From Lytechinus pictus (taxonomy: Eukaryota): a DNA stretch of 64,000 bases. The notes beneath the pieces were generated by a model, which ran no database searches, was not told where the DNA came from, and saw nothing but the letters and a program-made list of their open reading frames with translations. The translations under genes were made by a program, and so were the position numbers. The first letter of the stretch is position 1. Each line of letters starts with the position of its first letter. The stretch lies in assembly GCF_037042905.1 (NCBI RefSeq), contig NC_087245.1, positions 32,738,001 to 32,802,000 on the forward strand, in the 5' to 3' direction. Of this stretch, positions 24,530 to 36,875 are shown one piece after another.

Positions 24530-24815
24530 CTAAAACTTTCCATTATCATTAATAATCGCTTTGGCCATGGTTACGTGGACAACGACGCATATTAACAAAG
24601 AGACACGGCCAGTGGTCCGGCGTAGGAATTCGGCGATGATTGGTTGACGTTCCATTTTGGTGGACACGACATGGATGATACGACAGGCAAAGTAAATTCT
24701 GACCATTTGAAAAGTAAGATCAGGATCCGGTTGAGTGCCGACATAGAAGATTCCCAGCAATATAAAGATGAGGTTGTTTATCAGTTCTTTGACCATTATG
24801 ATGTTTGCATCGACT
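24530..24815 (-). CDS. MAPEG-family (MGST1/PTGES-like) membrane protein, exon 2 (terminal)
   Basis: ctgcag|A GTC..., phase 2. VDANIIMVKELINNLIFILLGIFYVGTQPDPDLTFQMVRIYFACRIIHVVS...HVTMAKAIINDNGKF* aligns by eye to MGST1 N..PF..IGLLY...GPDP..A..HFR.F..ARIYH. Confidence 0.8.
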
Positions 24816-25417
24816 CTGCAGGATGAGGCGAAGAAGTGATGGCCAAGGGAGGGAGGGGGGGGGGGTGAAAGATTGAAAAAAAAAAGAGAATAGATATGGC
24901 GTTTAGAAAGTAAAAATTCGGGGAGGGTCCGAGGTCCAGGGTACAAGAGGCCAATTTTTTTCATAAGATGTATGTCAAATGAAGTCTTACCGCTTTGAAT
25001 AGCTGATTCTTTCATGTAACTTCTACTTTATATTCCATTTTGACTAAGCTGCGATTAATAGGCCTATTATTGACAATTATTAATTATGATATAAAAAAAC
25101 GACTAAAAAATCGACCTTGTGGATAGACCCAAACAGGATCGTACTTGAACAAGCAGGAACATGTATAGACCCATTATGATTATCAGTATCAGTATTGTCA
25201 AATTTTAGATAACGAGACAAGGGCAATAAAACATTACATTGTTCTTATGGGTTCTTATCGATAGTTCTTAGAAATTTATCAAGAGCGAAAAAAGAATAAT
25301 ACAAATGTTAAGTAAATAAAAAAAATTACAATCTATTTGTCAAAGTCTACTTTTCTGAACCTCAGTCTGATCTCCATATCGCAATGAACACAAAGGAGAA
25401 AATGAGACAAAACTTAT

Positions 25418-25648
25418 GGGGCGTTGCAAGAAACTAGCAACCGATTGCAAGTCTATTTTCGGTCCCTAAATCAATTGTAAGTCTTGAAATTAATTGTGAA
25501 TTTGCGATTGATTGCTAATCTACTTCTGGAAACAAGGTGTATATAATCTGATTTGCTACAGTTAAAACTGATATATGCATATCAATTGTAAAAATTTGAA
25601 CAGAATAATATTTGCAATTGATTGCAATATTTTCTTGCAACACCCCCT
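25418..25648. mobile_element. Palindromic MITE
   Basis: GGGGCGTTGCAAGAAA...TTTCTTGCAACACCCC termini. Confidence 0.65.
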
Positions 25649-25906
25649 TTTTAAGAATGAGGTCAACACTATTAGCCTTCATACTATAGGGGCCAGTGCT
25701 CTTCACCTGACTCCCACCCACCCCCTCAAAGAAACGGGTCCTTATCCTGGGAGGGGAAAAATAAAAGGGGATAAAGAAAGGAAATGAAAGTTTTTGGATA
25801 TTGTGTGAAAATCTGTCATGAAAATAGATTTGCAAAGATAAAAATGTTTCCCTCACTCGTGGTTACCTAGAGAGGTTTTTTTTTCTCGAACGACTTGTTC
25901 TACCAA

Positions 25907-26087
25907 CATAGGCGGCGGAAGCGGGGGGGGGGGGACGTGTCCCCCCTAAATTTTAGGTGGGGGGGACGTGTCCCCCCTAAATTTTAGGTGGGGGGGCGAT
26001 CCCCCCTAAATTTATTGTTGGTAACCTTTTTTTTTTTTTTTTTTTTTTGGGGGGGCTTGTCAAAGTTTTTGGCTTCCGCCGCCGATG
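25907..26087. mobile_element. hAT-type MITE with perfect 8-bp TSD
   Basis: TIR CATAGGCGGCGGAAGC / GCTTCCGCCGCCGATG; TCTACCAA duplicated at 25899-25906 and 26088-26095. Confidence 0.9.
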
Positions 26088-26505
26088 TCTACCAATAAGA
26101 AACAAATTTGATAAGGCTCCACCAAACAAGGGCAGGGCAACTGTTCAAATTCAAATTCAATTTTATCTCCAAATATTTTATTTCTATTATAGTAAGCAAT
26201 TGTGGATTTATCACTTCAAGTCATGGATAAATCTACTCTTCAGGTTTTAATGTCTATCCTTTGGACTTGAAATAAAACAAATTGCATTGAATGTATAATG
26301 ACCAGCTGCAGTCACGGAAGCGTGGCTGCAGTCAGTAACCTCAGCATTCATTCTATTTCAAATCCCTGTAAATCAGACAGTATACATGGTATAGTTCATT
26401 ATATCATTTTATTTGGTGCTATGTCGGGTAAGCACCAACAGTGGCGTAATGAATAAAAAATCTGAGGGGGTCAGATATGGCGTATCGGGCAAAATTAATC
26501 AAAAG

Positions 26506-26680
26506 TGGAGGTGCCGTGGCCGGGTGGTCTAAGGCGCCTGGCTGTACATAAAAGTCCGGGGTTCGATCCCCGGCCGCGGCACCTATGCCTGTGAGCAAGG
26601 CATTTAATGTGCAATGCTCTTTTATCATGCCTTCAAATAAATGGAAATGCTATAGGCATTATTGGTAACTTGCTGTGCAC
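26506..26680 (+). mobile_element. tRNA-derived SINE (second family), 5' part
   Basis: tRNA-like head GGTGCCGTGGCCGGGTGGTCTAAGGCG...GGTTCGATCCCCGGCCGCGGCACC with an unpaired anticodon arm, followed by SINE body GAGCAAGGCATTT. Confidence 0.7.
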
Positions 26681-27229
26681 TTGTAAAAGAAAAAAAAGTT
26701 GCAGGTGAGCGAAATTTTTGACATTCTTTATTAGGCCTACAAAAATCAAATTTTGTGATAGATTTTGACACAATATGAGAAAATATAATTTACTCCTCCT
26801 ACCTTTCCTTTTCTCTTTTTTTCCTTGGTCGTGATTTTTTTTTTTTGGGGGGGGGGGCAAGAGACCCTCACTTTGAAAGGCGAGAGCCAGAACCACTAGA
26901 CCACGACGTGCCCACATATACGCTTCTTCCTACAAAATGTTGTCAATTTTCATTACATTTCTGCCATTTATCATACCTACCAGATTTCCAGGGGGTGCTG
27001 CCTCTGGAAAATAACACACGCAGCACGCAGCATCACCAAGGATTTTTTTGGGTGCATCACTCCCAGGACCCCCGCTTCCCAGGCCAGGGCCAAGGAGCTG
27101 TCTCGATACCAAACAAGTTATCATAATTTTCTTCATTAGATAACGTTCAGAACTTCAGATTTTTATTGATTTACTTGTTTCCGTTTCACGATTAGCAAAA
27201 TATTATATACATATAATTTTGATACTTAC

Positions 27230-27375
27230 CCAATGTTGAACGGGATGTTTCCCCCCTGCATCAATTTCACGTCATGTAATACTACATACCGGGCCATCAT
27301 TACAATCAGCATTGCTGAATATGTAGCGAATAGCCGAAATACGTCATTTTCAAAAACATATACGATAGTTACCAT
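27230..27375 (-). CDS. MAPEG-family (MGST1/PTGES-like) membrane protein, exon 1
   Basis: ATG at 27375, donor GG|gtaagt, 146 nt, phase 2 matching exon 2. MVTIVYVFENDVFRLFATYSAMLIVMMARYVVLHDVKLMQGGNIPFNIG resembles MGST1 DDEVFMAFASYATII. Joined product is 143 aa. Confidence 0.78.
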
Positions 27376-27819
27376 TGTGGTTTTATTCAGTTATTTGTAA
27401 ATAAAACTAAATACAAAGCTGTATATATCTCTTATGGCAGATTATTATGATGTTATATACAAGGGCGGTAATGACATTTAAAAGACTGAAATACCTTTTC
27501 CAATCACTAGAACATTTATTAGGTCGATTTGAGGTAATTAGTGTTATAAAAAGACGTGTATCGACTTAGAAAAATTAATAAAGACTTATATTAAGACTTA
27601 AATAAATGTATTATCAGTTCCAATATTTTAACGGGAACATTACACATTGTACTTCAATGCTCCGATATCTTAAAACAAATAAAAGCCTATTATCAAGTAA
27701 TAATCATGTGATTCTACTGAAAGGAAAATGCTTCACAAACTATTATTTTTTCCTTATCACTGGTAAATGATGGGTTGGTGAAGCCGCTCCAATACGCTGC
27801 TTGTTAATTTGTTAATTAA

Positions 27820-28172
<353 letters not shown>

Positions 28173-28959
28173 AAATACTTTCACTTGCTTCACTGGTATG
28201 CAGGCTTGATAGGCAATCTCTTGGATGTATGTTAGGGTACACAATATCCCAATATCCACAATTAGAATGAGGGTATATCCAATATATCTGCGATATAAGT
28301 AGACGGCTGCCTAATTATAAATCTAACGGAAATGTATCTGGTCGACTCGGCTCAATTCCCTGAATGAACTAAGTTTGGGATTTTTTTATTTTTATTATTA
28401 TTATTTTTTTTTTTTACATTTTTCTAATGATACATTGACGAAACATTTTGAGTTGCGTTGCATATTATATTCCACCTGTAAGGCATGTGCGTCCTTCTAC
28501 CAGAAGTGGCGCTGTGCTAACAGTATCTGAGTTTCAGTTGTAAGGAATGGAATCTCAGGAAGGATGAATATACCTCAGAACGGTAACCCCTCAGAAGCTC
28601 CTTGACATTATCAACCATACTCTTACTACAGTAATACCACCCCGGAGTACTACAGAAACACGAATTTTCGATGTCGCCGAAAACGAAATACAAACGGTGG
28701 TGAAAGACTAGTGTCGTTGAGATACCATCAACGGTAATTTCATGTACAGTTTTCATCACATGCATGACACTTTGAAGTTTGAAAATCACCTAACTTCTTC
28801 GAATTCGAAAGTCAATAAGGAGTTGGCTTGCAGTGATTTTGGATTGATAAGGCCAAAGCCCCGCTGCGCAGTGCATATGGAGAGTGATTGAAGAAAAACT
28901 TTCACTGATCCGATACCATGGAGAGGTGAAGTTGTTTTATTTTAGGAAGTTACAACTGG

Positions 28960-29083
28960 ATGGTGGAAGTCGCCATGGATTTATCTGGTTCCGATAATAG
29001 CTCAGACTCCATTGGAAGTCCTAGTGGATCTTTCGAGAAACTTTGGGGGACAGAATCGGCTCTGATGCGAGGACTAAAAGATG
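28960..29083 (+). CDS. Coiled-coil / CAP-Gly domain protein, putative first coding exon
   Basis: ATG at 28960, donor G|gtaagt, phase 1 compatible with the 45040 exon. MVEVAMDLSGSDNSSDSIGSPSGSFEKLWGTESALMRGLKD. Linkage over the 16-kb intron is inferred from phase only. Confidence 0.6.
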
Positions 29084-30866
29084 GTAAGTTTGAAAGAAAG
29101 TCGATAGTTTACATTGGTTACGACTCCTTTGAAATTGGAGTGCCGAACCACTCGCCGGAACAGACCCCGATCCGACCGGGGAGCGACAGCGTTCGTAGCC
29201 TACCATTAAATCTGTACACAGTCCGTGCCCAGCAAGTGGAGTGTATTGCTATGATTGGTTGATAACTTACTCTTCAAGAAATAATTTATCATCAATTGAT
29301 GATATTTAGATTGCAGACTGACAACAAATAATTGCATATTCAAAGCATATTTGCATCAAATATTAATCTTTGAATGATTATGAATCCATAAGGAGATGTG
29401 TTCATATTTGTTTGAAAATAGGTGGTATTATTAGTATTACAAGATATTACATTAAAACACAGGGATTACAATCAAATTAATCAAATTATTTTGTTCTTAT
29501 TCTTCTCTTTCCCCATCTTTTCATCCTCTTTTCATTTCATCTTTTCCCCATTTTTTTGTCCTTCTCCATCTATCAGTTGGTCTCTCTTTAATCGTCAAAT
29601 AATATAACTCTGTTATTGTCAAATTATTATTAATATGTTTACATATCTGATTTTTTTTCTGCTTTTAATAATTATTTTTATTACAAGTTTTATCTCTCTC
29701 TTACATATCTTTCCTCCGTTAAGGTCGGAGATCGCTAGTATCAGTAGAAATGAATGCAGGCACTTCCGAGGGGTTGTTAGAGCTAGAAAAGTTGCTAAGG
29801 AAGTTTTGGTGGGTTGTGTGAAGATTGGGAATGAAGTATAAAATAAGTGTGTGGAGCTGGGTGTTACTGGCATTGTTGAGGTGCACAGGGGGAAGAAAGA
29901 GAATACACTCTAGAAAATGCTGAGGGTCTGTCTCAAAGAAATTTAAATTCCTATAAACTCAACGCTAAGAGTTGGGAAAAGCTCCTAGTACTAGGACCTG
30001 TAGATTTTAGCCTGTACTTTACTGGTGGGGAGTGTAACATTTGAAGATTAATTTTAGGAATTGACAAGATCTTCATAGATTTCCATGAACACTTTTTTCA
30101 TTTACACTATTATCTAAAATGCAATGCATATATTATCTTCAATGTCCTATAGAGTTGCTCATTTTTAAAAAGGCGATGGACTTCCAATTTTTGTTTTTTG
30201 TTCATCCAATTCGGTGGATTCACGATATGGTGCCCCACCTATCAGTTGTAGCGGACAGGCCGATATTCGCAGTGCCTCATGGGAAAAAGTCGACATCTTG
30301 AAATAAATCTCTGTGGCGCGCACTGCATGCATGCCACTCGGCTGGCTTGCATATATGCTGTCAACCAGGGTCTAGGAGGTGGGGGAAAATTTGGCATAAT
30401 ATATATTTCTTTGCCAAATTAAGACCGTTGTCGTTGAATTTTTCCTCCGCTTTTGCCACGGTTTTCATTTGTGAATCATTAGAATACTAGCACTGTGCGC
30501 TGCCTGCACCGGCGATGTCAACCCCAAAGTTAGAAATTGGCCTTTCCGTTGCAACCGATGGCTGGCACACTGTATTGTGAATCCCCCAAATTGAAATCGT
30601 ACCATGCAAAATATGATGCAATAAGGCTTCCAAACTTCAAAGGAATTGCATTTTTGTTCTGGTTCCGGGAGGGGGGGGGGGGGGGGGTGTTGCCTATAAA
30701 CACAAAACAAATTTATGTGCCATGAGACAGTTAAATGTCAGAGTTTATAGACTGGAAAAATGGGAGAATACATAATTTTTTTTAATTTGTTCCACACCAA
30801 CCTGAAAATGCATCAGGGAATGTAGTATGTGGACTTGCCTTTTGAAAGTTTATTTTTCATTGAAGC

Positions 30867-33800
30867 TATGAGGCGCCGAATGTACCAATATTATATAGAA
30901 CAATTATTTGTTATATAATCATTATTTATTAAATAATAACTATTATTTATATATAATTTACATTTTATTTGTAAATAACTACTATCATATAAAATATCAT
31001 TTCTAATTATTTATATATAATTCCAAGTAATACTTCATTATTTGTAAATAATAATAGTTCGACATTCCATTATTTATAAATAATGATTATTTGTTTTTCA
31101 TTATTTATAAATAATGATTATTTGTTTTTCATTATTTATAAATAATGATTATTTGTTTTTCATTATTTACAAATAATGATTATTTGTTTTTCATTATTTA
31201 TAAATAATGATTATTTGTTTTTCATTATTTATATATAATGATTATTTGTTTTTCATTATTTACAAATAATGATTATTTGTTTTTCATTATTTATAAATAA
31301 TGATTATTTGTTTTTTATTATTTATAAATAATGATTATTTGTTTTTCATTATTTACAAATAATGATTATTTGTTTTTCATTATTTATAAATAATGATTAT
31401 TTGTTTTTCATTATTTATAAATAATTTGTTGAGTTTTCCATTATTTATAAATAATGATTATTTGTTAAATAATGAAAACGTCTACTTCATTATTTATAAA
31501 TAATTTTTTCGAGTGCACCATTATTCTCATTATTTATAAATAATCATTATTTAATGTTCGAGTTTTCCATTATTTATAAATAAAGATTATTTGTTAAATA
31601 ATGAAATATCTACTTCATTATTTATAAATAATAATTTTGTTTCAATATCCCATTATTTATAAATAATCATTATTTATAAACAATTTTTACAGTTTGCCAT
31701 TATATACAAATAATCATTATTTATATACAAATAACCATTATTTATTAAATAATGCCATTATTTATGATATGATATGAATATTCATGATGCGATTTCCTTT
31801 TTCGTGATTTTTCTTCACAAATTTTTGTCCATTTCCTCTTCATAATGACATTTCTTGAAGCAATTTTCTAGGGATATGGTCTGATTGTAATATTCTTCAT
31901 TTTCTATATAACTTCGTCTTCGTAGAAATATCAAAAAGTGTAATTTTATACGATTTTTCCTACAGTTCACAATCCCCATAGGCGCGCGTGTACGGTAGGG
32001 ACAGCCGGTGAATCGACGGAGTGCTCTTCATCGAAATACTACGTTGGTTGGTCCCCGGAAGTGGCGGGCGGAATTTAGCCCGAATCCTCGATGGAAGTCG
32101 ATCAAGTGCATATGAGCTGAGAGAGTGAAATATCAGTGTACTTGTACAGGCCCTTCTACTTTTTATAAATATTTCTTGTTGCTTTTTTTGTTAAGTTAAT
32201 TTTTCCTGGTGTAGAGATAAGTTTCAGTTCTAATAATGCACTTCAAATACATTTTGGAGTGTCTGTTTGAGGCGTTTGGGGCGATTTCACCCTGGCCCCA
32301 AAATGCTCGCAACGACAATACGGGGGCATGATGACCCCTAAATTTTTAAAAACTTATTTTTCTATTGAAAATTACCACAAAATTCACCAAAAGTGTGCAC
32401 GAAAGCCTTCGTATTTCACTTTTAAAACTCCAAAAAGTGCCCAAATGACAAGCTTGGTCGCTTCGCTGTGTCGCTTTCAACTTGAGAACGTTTACGCGTC
32501 TGGCCCCCCCCCCCCCTCCTCCGAAAGAAATTCTGTATACGGCCATGCTCTAAAGAGCCTGGCACATTGATTTATGTATACTTTCATTTTCATTATTTTT
32601 ATCTCATTATCAACATGGCCTTACGCAGAATTTTTTCCAGGGGGGCCGGGGCCGGAGCATGACGCGCGTAAACTTTCTCAAAAAAATCGTGAAAGCGAGA
32701 CAGCCACGGGACCAAGCCCAAATGACAAGCTTTGTCGCTTCGCTGTCTCGCTTTCAACCTGAGAACGTTTACACGCGTCTGCCCCCACCCCCCGAAAGAA
32801 ATTCTGTGAACGGCCATGCTCAAAAGAGCATATGCCACATATATGTACTTTTCATTTTCATTATTTTTATCACATTATCATCATGGCCTTACACAGAATT
32901 TTTACCGGGGGGGGGGGGGGGGGAGCAGCTAGGACGCGCGTAAAGTTTCTCAAAAAAATCTTGAAAGCGAGACAGCGACGCGACCAAGCTCAAATGACAA
33001 GCTTGGTCGCTTCGCTTTCTCAAGATTTTTATGAGAAAGTTTACGCGCGTCCTGCTCCCCCCACCCCCCCCCCCCCCCCCCCGGAAAAAATTCTGCGTAA
33101 GGCCATGTTGATAATGAGATAAAAATAATGAAAATGAAGTATACATAAATCAATGTGCCAGGCTCTTTAGAGCATGGCCGTATACAGAATTTCTTTCGGA
33201 GGAGGGGGGGGGGGGGAAGCAGACGCGTAAACTTTCTCAAGTTGAAAGCGACACAGCGAAGCGACCAAGCTTGTCATTTGGGCACTTTTTGGAGTTTTAA
33301 AAGTGAAATACGAAGGCTTTCGTGCACACTTTTGGTGAATTTTTGTGATAATTTACAATAGAAAAATAAGTTTTTAAAAAATTAGGGGTCATCATGCCCC
33401 CGTATTGTCGTTGCGAGCATTTTGGGGCCAGGGTGAAATCGCCCCAAACGCCTCAAACAGACACTCCAAAATGTATTTGAAGTGCATTATTAGAACTGAA
33501 ACTTATCTCTACACCAGGAAAAATTAACTTAACAAAAAAAGCAACAAGAAATATTTATAAAAAGTAGAAGGGCCTGTACAAGTACACTGATATTTCACTC
33601 TCTCAGCTCATATGCACTTGATCGACTTCCATCGAGGATTCGGGCTAAATTCCGCCCGCCACTTCCGGGGACCAACCAACGTAGTATTTCGATGAAGAGC
33701 ACTCCGTCGATTCACCGGTTGTCCCTACCGTACACGCGCGCCTATGGGGATTGTGAACTGTAGGAAAAATCGTATAAAATTACACTTTTTGATATTTCTA

Positions 33801-35197
33801 CGAAGACGAAGTTATATAGAAAATGAAGAATATTACAATCAGACCATATCCCTAGAAAATTGCTTCAAGAAATGTCATTATGAAGAGGAAATGGACAAAA
33901 ATTTGTGAAGAAAAATCACGAAAAAGGAAATCGCATCATGAATATTCATATCATGGGCGGTCCCACATTTGCATGTTATAGCGAGTTTTCCATTATTTAA
34001 TAAATAATGGCATTATTTAATAAATAATGGCATTATTTAATAAATAATGGTTATTTGTATATAAATAATGATTATTTGTATATAATGGCAAACTGTAAAA
34101 ATTGTTTATAAATAATGATTATTTATAAATAATGGGATATTGAAACAAAATTATTATTTATAAATAATGAAGTAGATATTTCATTATTTAACAAATAATC
34201 TTTATTTATAAATAATGGAAAACTCGAACAGTAAATAATGATTATTTATAAATAATGAGAATAATGGTGCACTCGAAAAAATTATTTATAAATAATGAAG
34301 TAGACGTTTTCATTATTTAACAAATAATCATTATTTATAAATAATGGAAAACTCAACAAATTATTTATAAATAATGAAAAACAAATAATCATTATTTATA
34401 AATAATGAAAAACAAATAATCATTATTTGTAAATAATGAAAAACAAATAATCATTATTTATAAATAATGAAAGACAAATAATCATTATTTATAAATAATG
34501 AAAAACAAATAATCATTATTTATAAATAATGAAAAACAAATAATCATTATTTGTAAATAATGAAAAACAAATAATCATTATATATAAATAATGAAAAACA
34601 AATAATCATTATTTATAAATAATGAAAAACAAATAATCATTATTTGTAAATAATGAAAAACAAATAATCATTATTTATAAATAATGAAAAACAAATAATC
34701 ATTATTTATAAATAATGAAAAACAAATAATCATTATTTATAAATAATGAAAAACAAATAATCATTATTTATAAATAATGAAAAACAAATAATCATTATTT
34801 GTAAATAATGAAAAACAAATAATCATTATATATAAATAATGAAAAACAAATAATCATTATTTATAAATAATGAAAAACAAATAATCATTATTTGTAAATA
34901 ATGAAAAACAAATAATCATTATTTATAAATAATGAAAAACAAATAATCATTATTTATAAATAATGAAAAACAAATAATCATTATTTATAAATAATGGAAT
35001 GTCGAACTATTATTATTTACAAATAATGAAGTATTACTTGGAATTATGTATAAATAATTAAAAATTATATTTTATATAATAGTAGTTATTTACAAATAAA
35101 ATGTAAATTATATATAAATAATAGTTATTATTTAATAAATAATGATTATATAACAAATAATTGTTCTATATAATATTGGTACATTCGGCGCCTCATG
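30867..35197. mobile_element. 4.3-kb foldback (long-TIR) non-autonomous DNA transposon with 6-bp TSD
   Basis: TATGAGGCGCCGAATGTACCAATA...TATTGGTACATTCGGCGCCTCATG, with TGAAGC on both sides (30861-30866, 35198-35203). Arms ~30867-32640 and ~33080-35197 are near-identical reverse complements with an outer 31-bp tandem domain and an inner unique domain. No coding capacity seen. Confidence 0.93.
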
Positions 35198-36749
35198 TGA
35201 AGCTGGGTTTTTAATCTTTTTAGAGAACTTGGAAGATAGTTGCATTACAATGTTTTCACACTTCCTTGTCTTTTCAAACTTCTTAATGCAGACTTTTTAA
35301 TCCCTTTTTTTTTACCATTTCGTGGTAAGTAGATTTTGAAAGAGGATACTTGAAACTTGTAGAATTTAGATGATTCCTACTCTTTGTTCCTTCCTCATCT
35401 CAGCTCTATAATCTGCTCATATTAATTGTTAAAGGGACACACTACCCTACAATCATGTGAAATGTTATGTTATTAATATAAGGGAAATTATTTTTGCAAA
35501 TATTTGTATATTCTAAAACAGGATGAAGACATGAAATTGATGAATTCTAACACATTAGGTAAACAGTGATGCATTCTCTGAGCTCATGTCATAATGTCAG
35601 TTGCCACCTATTTTTTCTATTTTTGTTTCCTTTAGATTTAAATATTTAACTCTGTTTGCAGACTTGGATAGTTATATTTCTTCTACATGTAGATCAATAT
35701 AGCTTACAGCAAGTCTGGGTTTTATAGTGAAACATCTTCTCAATTACATAATGATAGAATGAATTGATTGAAAGTATGCTGAAGACAGTGCTGGATGACA
35801 CCCCAAAAATGGGATTGTTGTTATTTTCATTTGAGGAATTTGTAACTTGTTTATTTGTAAGCTTTCAGACTGTGCCTCTCTCTCTAACATTTGCATTCCT
35901 TCTCTCACCTCGTGAATGTGTATGTCTCTAACTCGCCTTTTCTTCCTGGTTTAGCCTAATAATAACCCTTTATTCTTAATTTTAGGATATTTTTACCTCA
36001 TCTTTTCTATTGAGTACAGATGTTTTCAACATTCATCACCAACAATTATTCTCTTTGTAGTGCAGCAGCTCCATCATTAAAATTGTCTCCAAAACATCCT
36101 TCGAAATGGCATGAGTTTTGAATGTTTGAAGACTTGAAGGACACTGTAATCCTTTACCTTGCTTTTTTGAAGGGGTATTTTTGCGAGGTTACTAGGAATG
36201 CTCCGATTTCGGTTGTTGCATTCACCATTTTGAGATCAGGCATTGAGAATCCTGTTCAGTGCTTTCCATGTAGACAATGAATTTATATAAAATTTATTTA
36301 AAGAAACATACAAAGATCGGCCTAATACAAAGAATGACTAGTTTCAGTCATCATCATCATTAAAAGTCTTGTTTTCCCACCTTGTGGGGTTGGACTGTTC
36401 AATTCCATGATGGAGAATTTATTCTACATTACCTGTGACTAGTCTTCCAAAATGGCAATGCTCCTGAGTTCTTGACTGACTAAAAGTTTTAAATAAATGA
36501 TCCACTAAATCTATGAGTTGTAGATCCCAGAGTTTAAAGCAGACACATTAAGAAACTTGTAAGTTTTGTGAAATGATATATATTACAAACTCATTTCTTT
36601 CTACCTCCATGTTCTCACAAACCATGGACTCAACGTGGGTTTTCAACGTGGGTTTTCAAAACCAACTTTGTGAATTCGGGCCAATTATTCTCAAACAGAT
36701 CGCCTACCGGCACAAATGGGCCCCAAAGAAATTTAATTATGAACAAGTA

Positions 36750-36875
36750 AATAGATAGTTACTAGATAGATAAATAGATAGGTAGATAGATATAGAGATA
36801 GATAGGTAGATAGATATATAGATAGATAAATAGGTAGGTAGACAGGTAGATAGGTAGATAGGTAGATAGATAAAT
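36750..36875 (+). repeat. (TAGA/TAGG)n microsatellite
   Basis: Visible tetranucleotide run. Confidence 0.9.

Noticed and set aside
26506..26582. Possible tRNA gene (paired acceptor stem, A and B boxes)
   Set aside because: The anticodon stem does not pair and the sequence runs into a SINE body; treated as a SINE head.
32328..33361. Cluster of ORFs in the foldback centre as a possible transposase
   Set aside because: Short, mirrored on both strands, built on G/C homopolymers, with no DDE or other recognisable motif.
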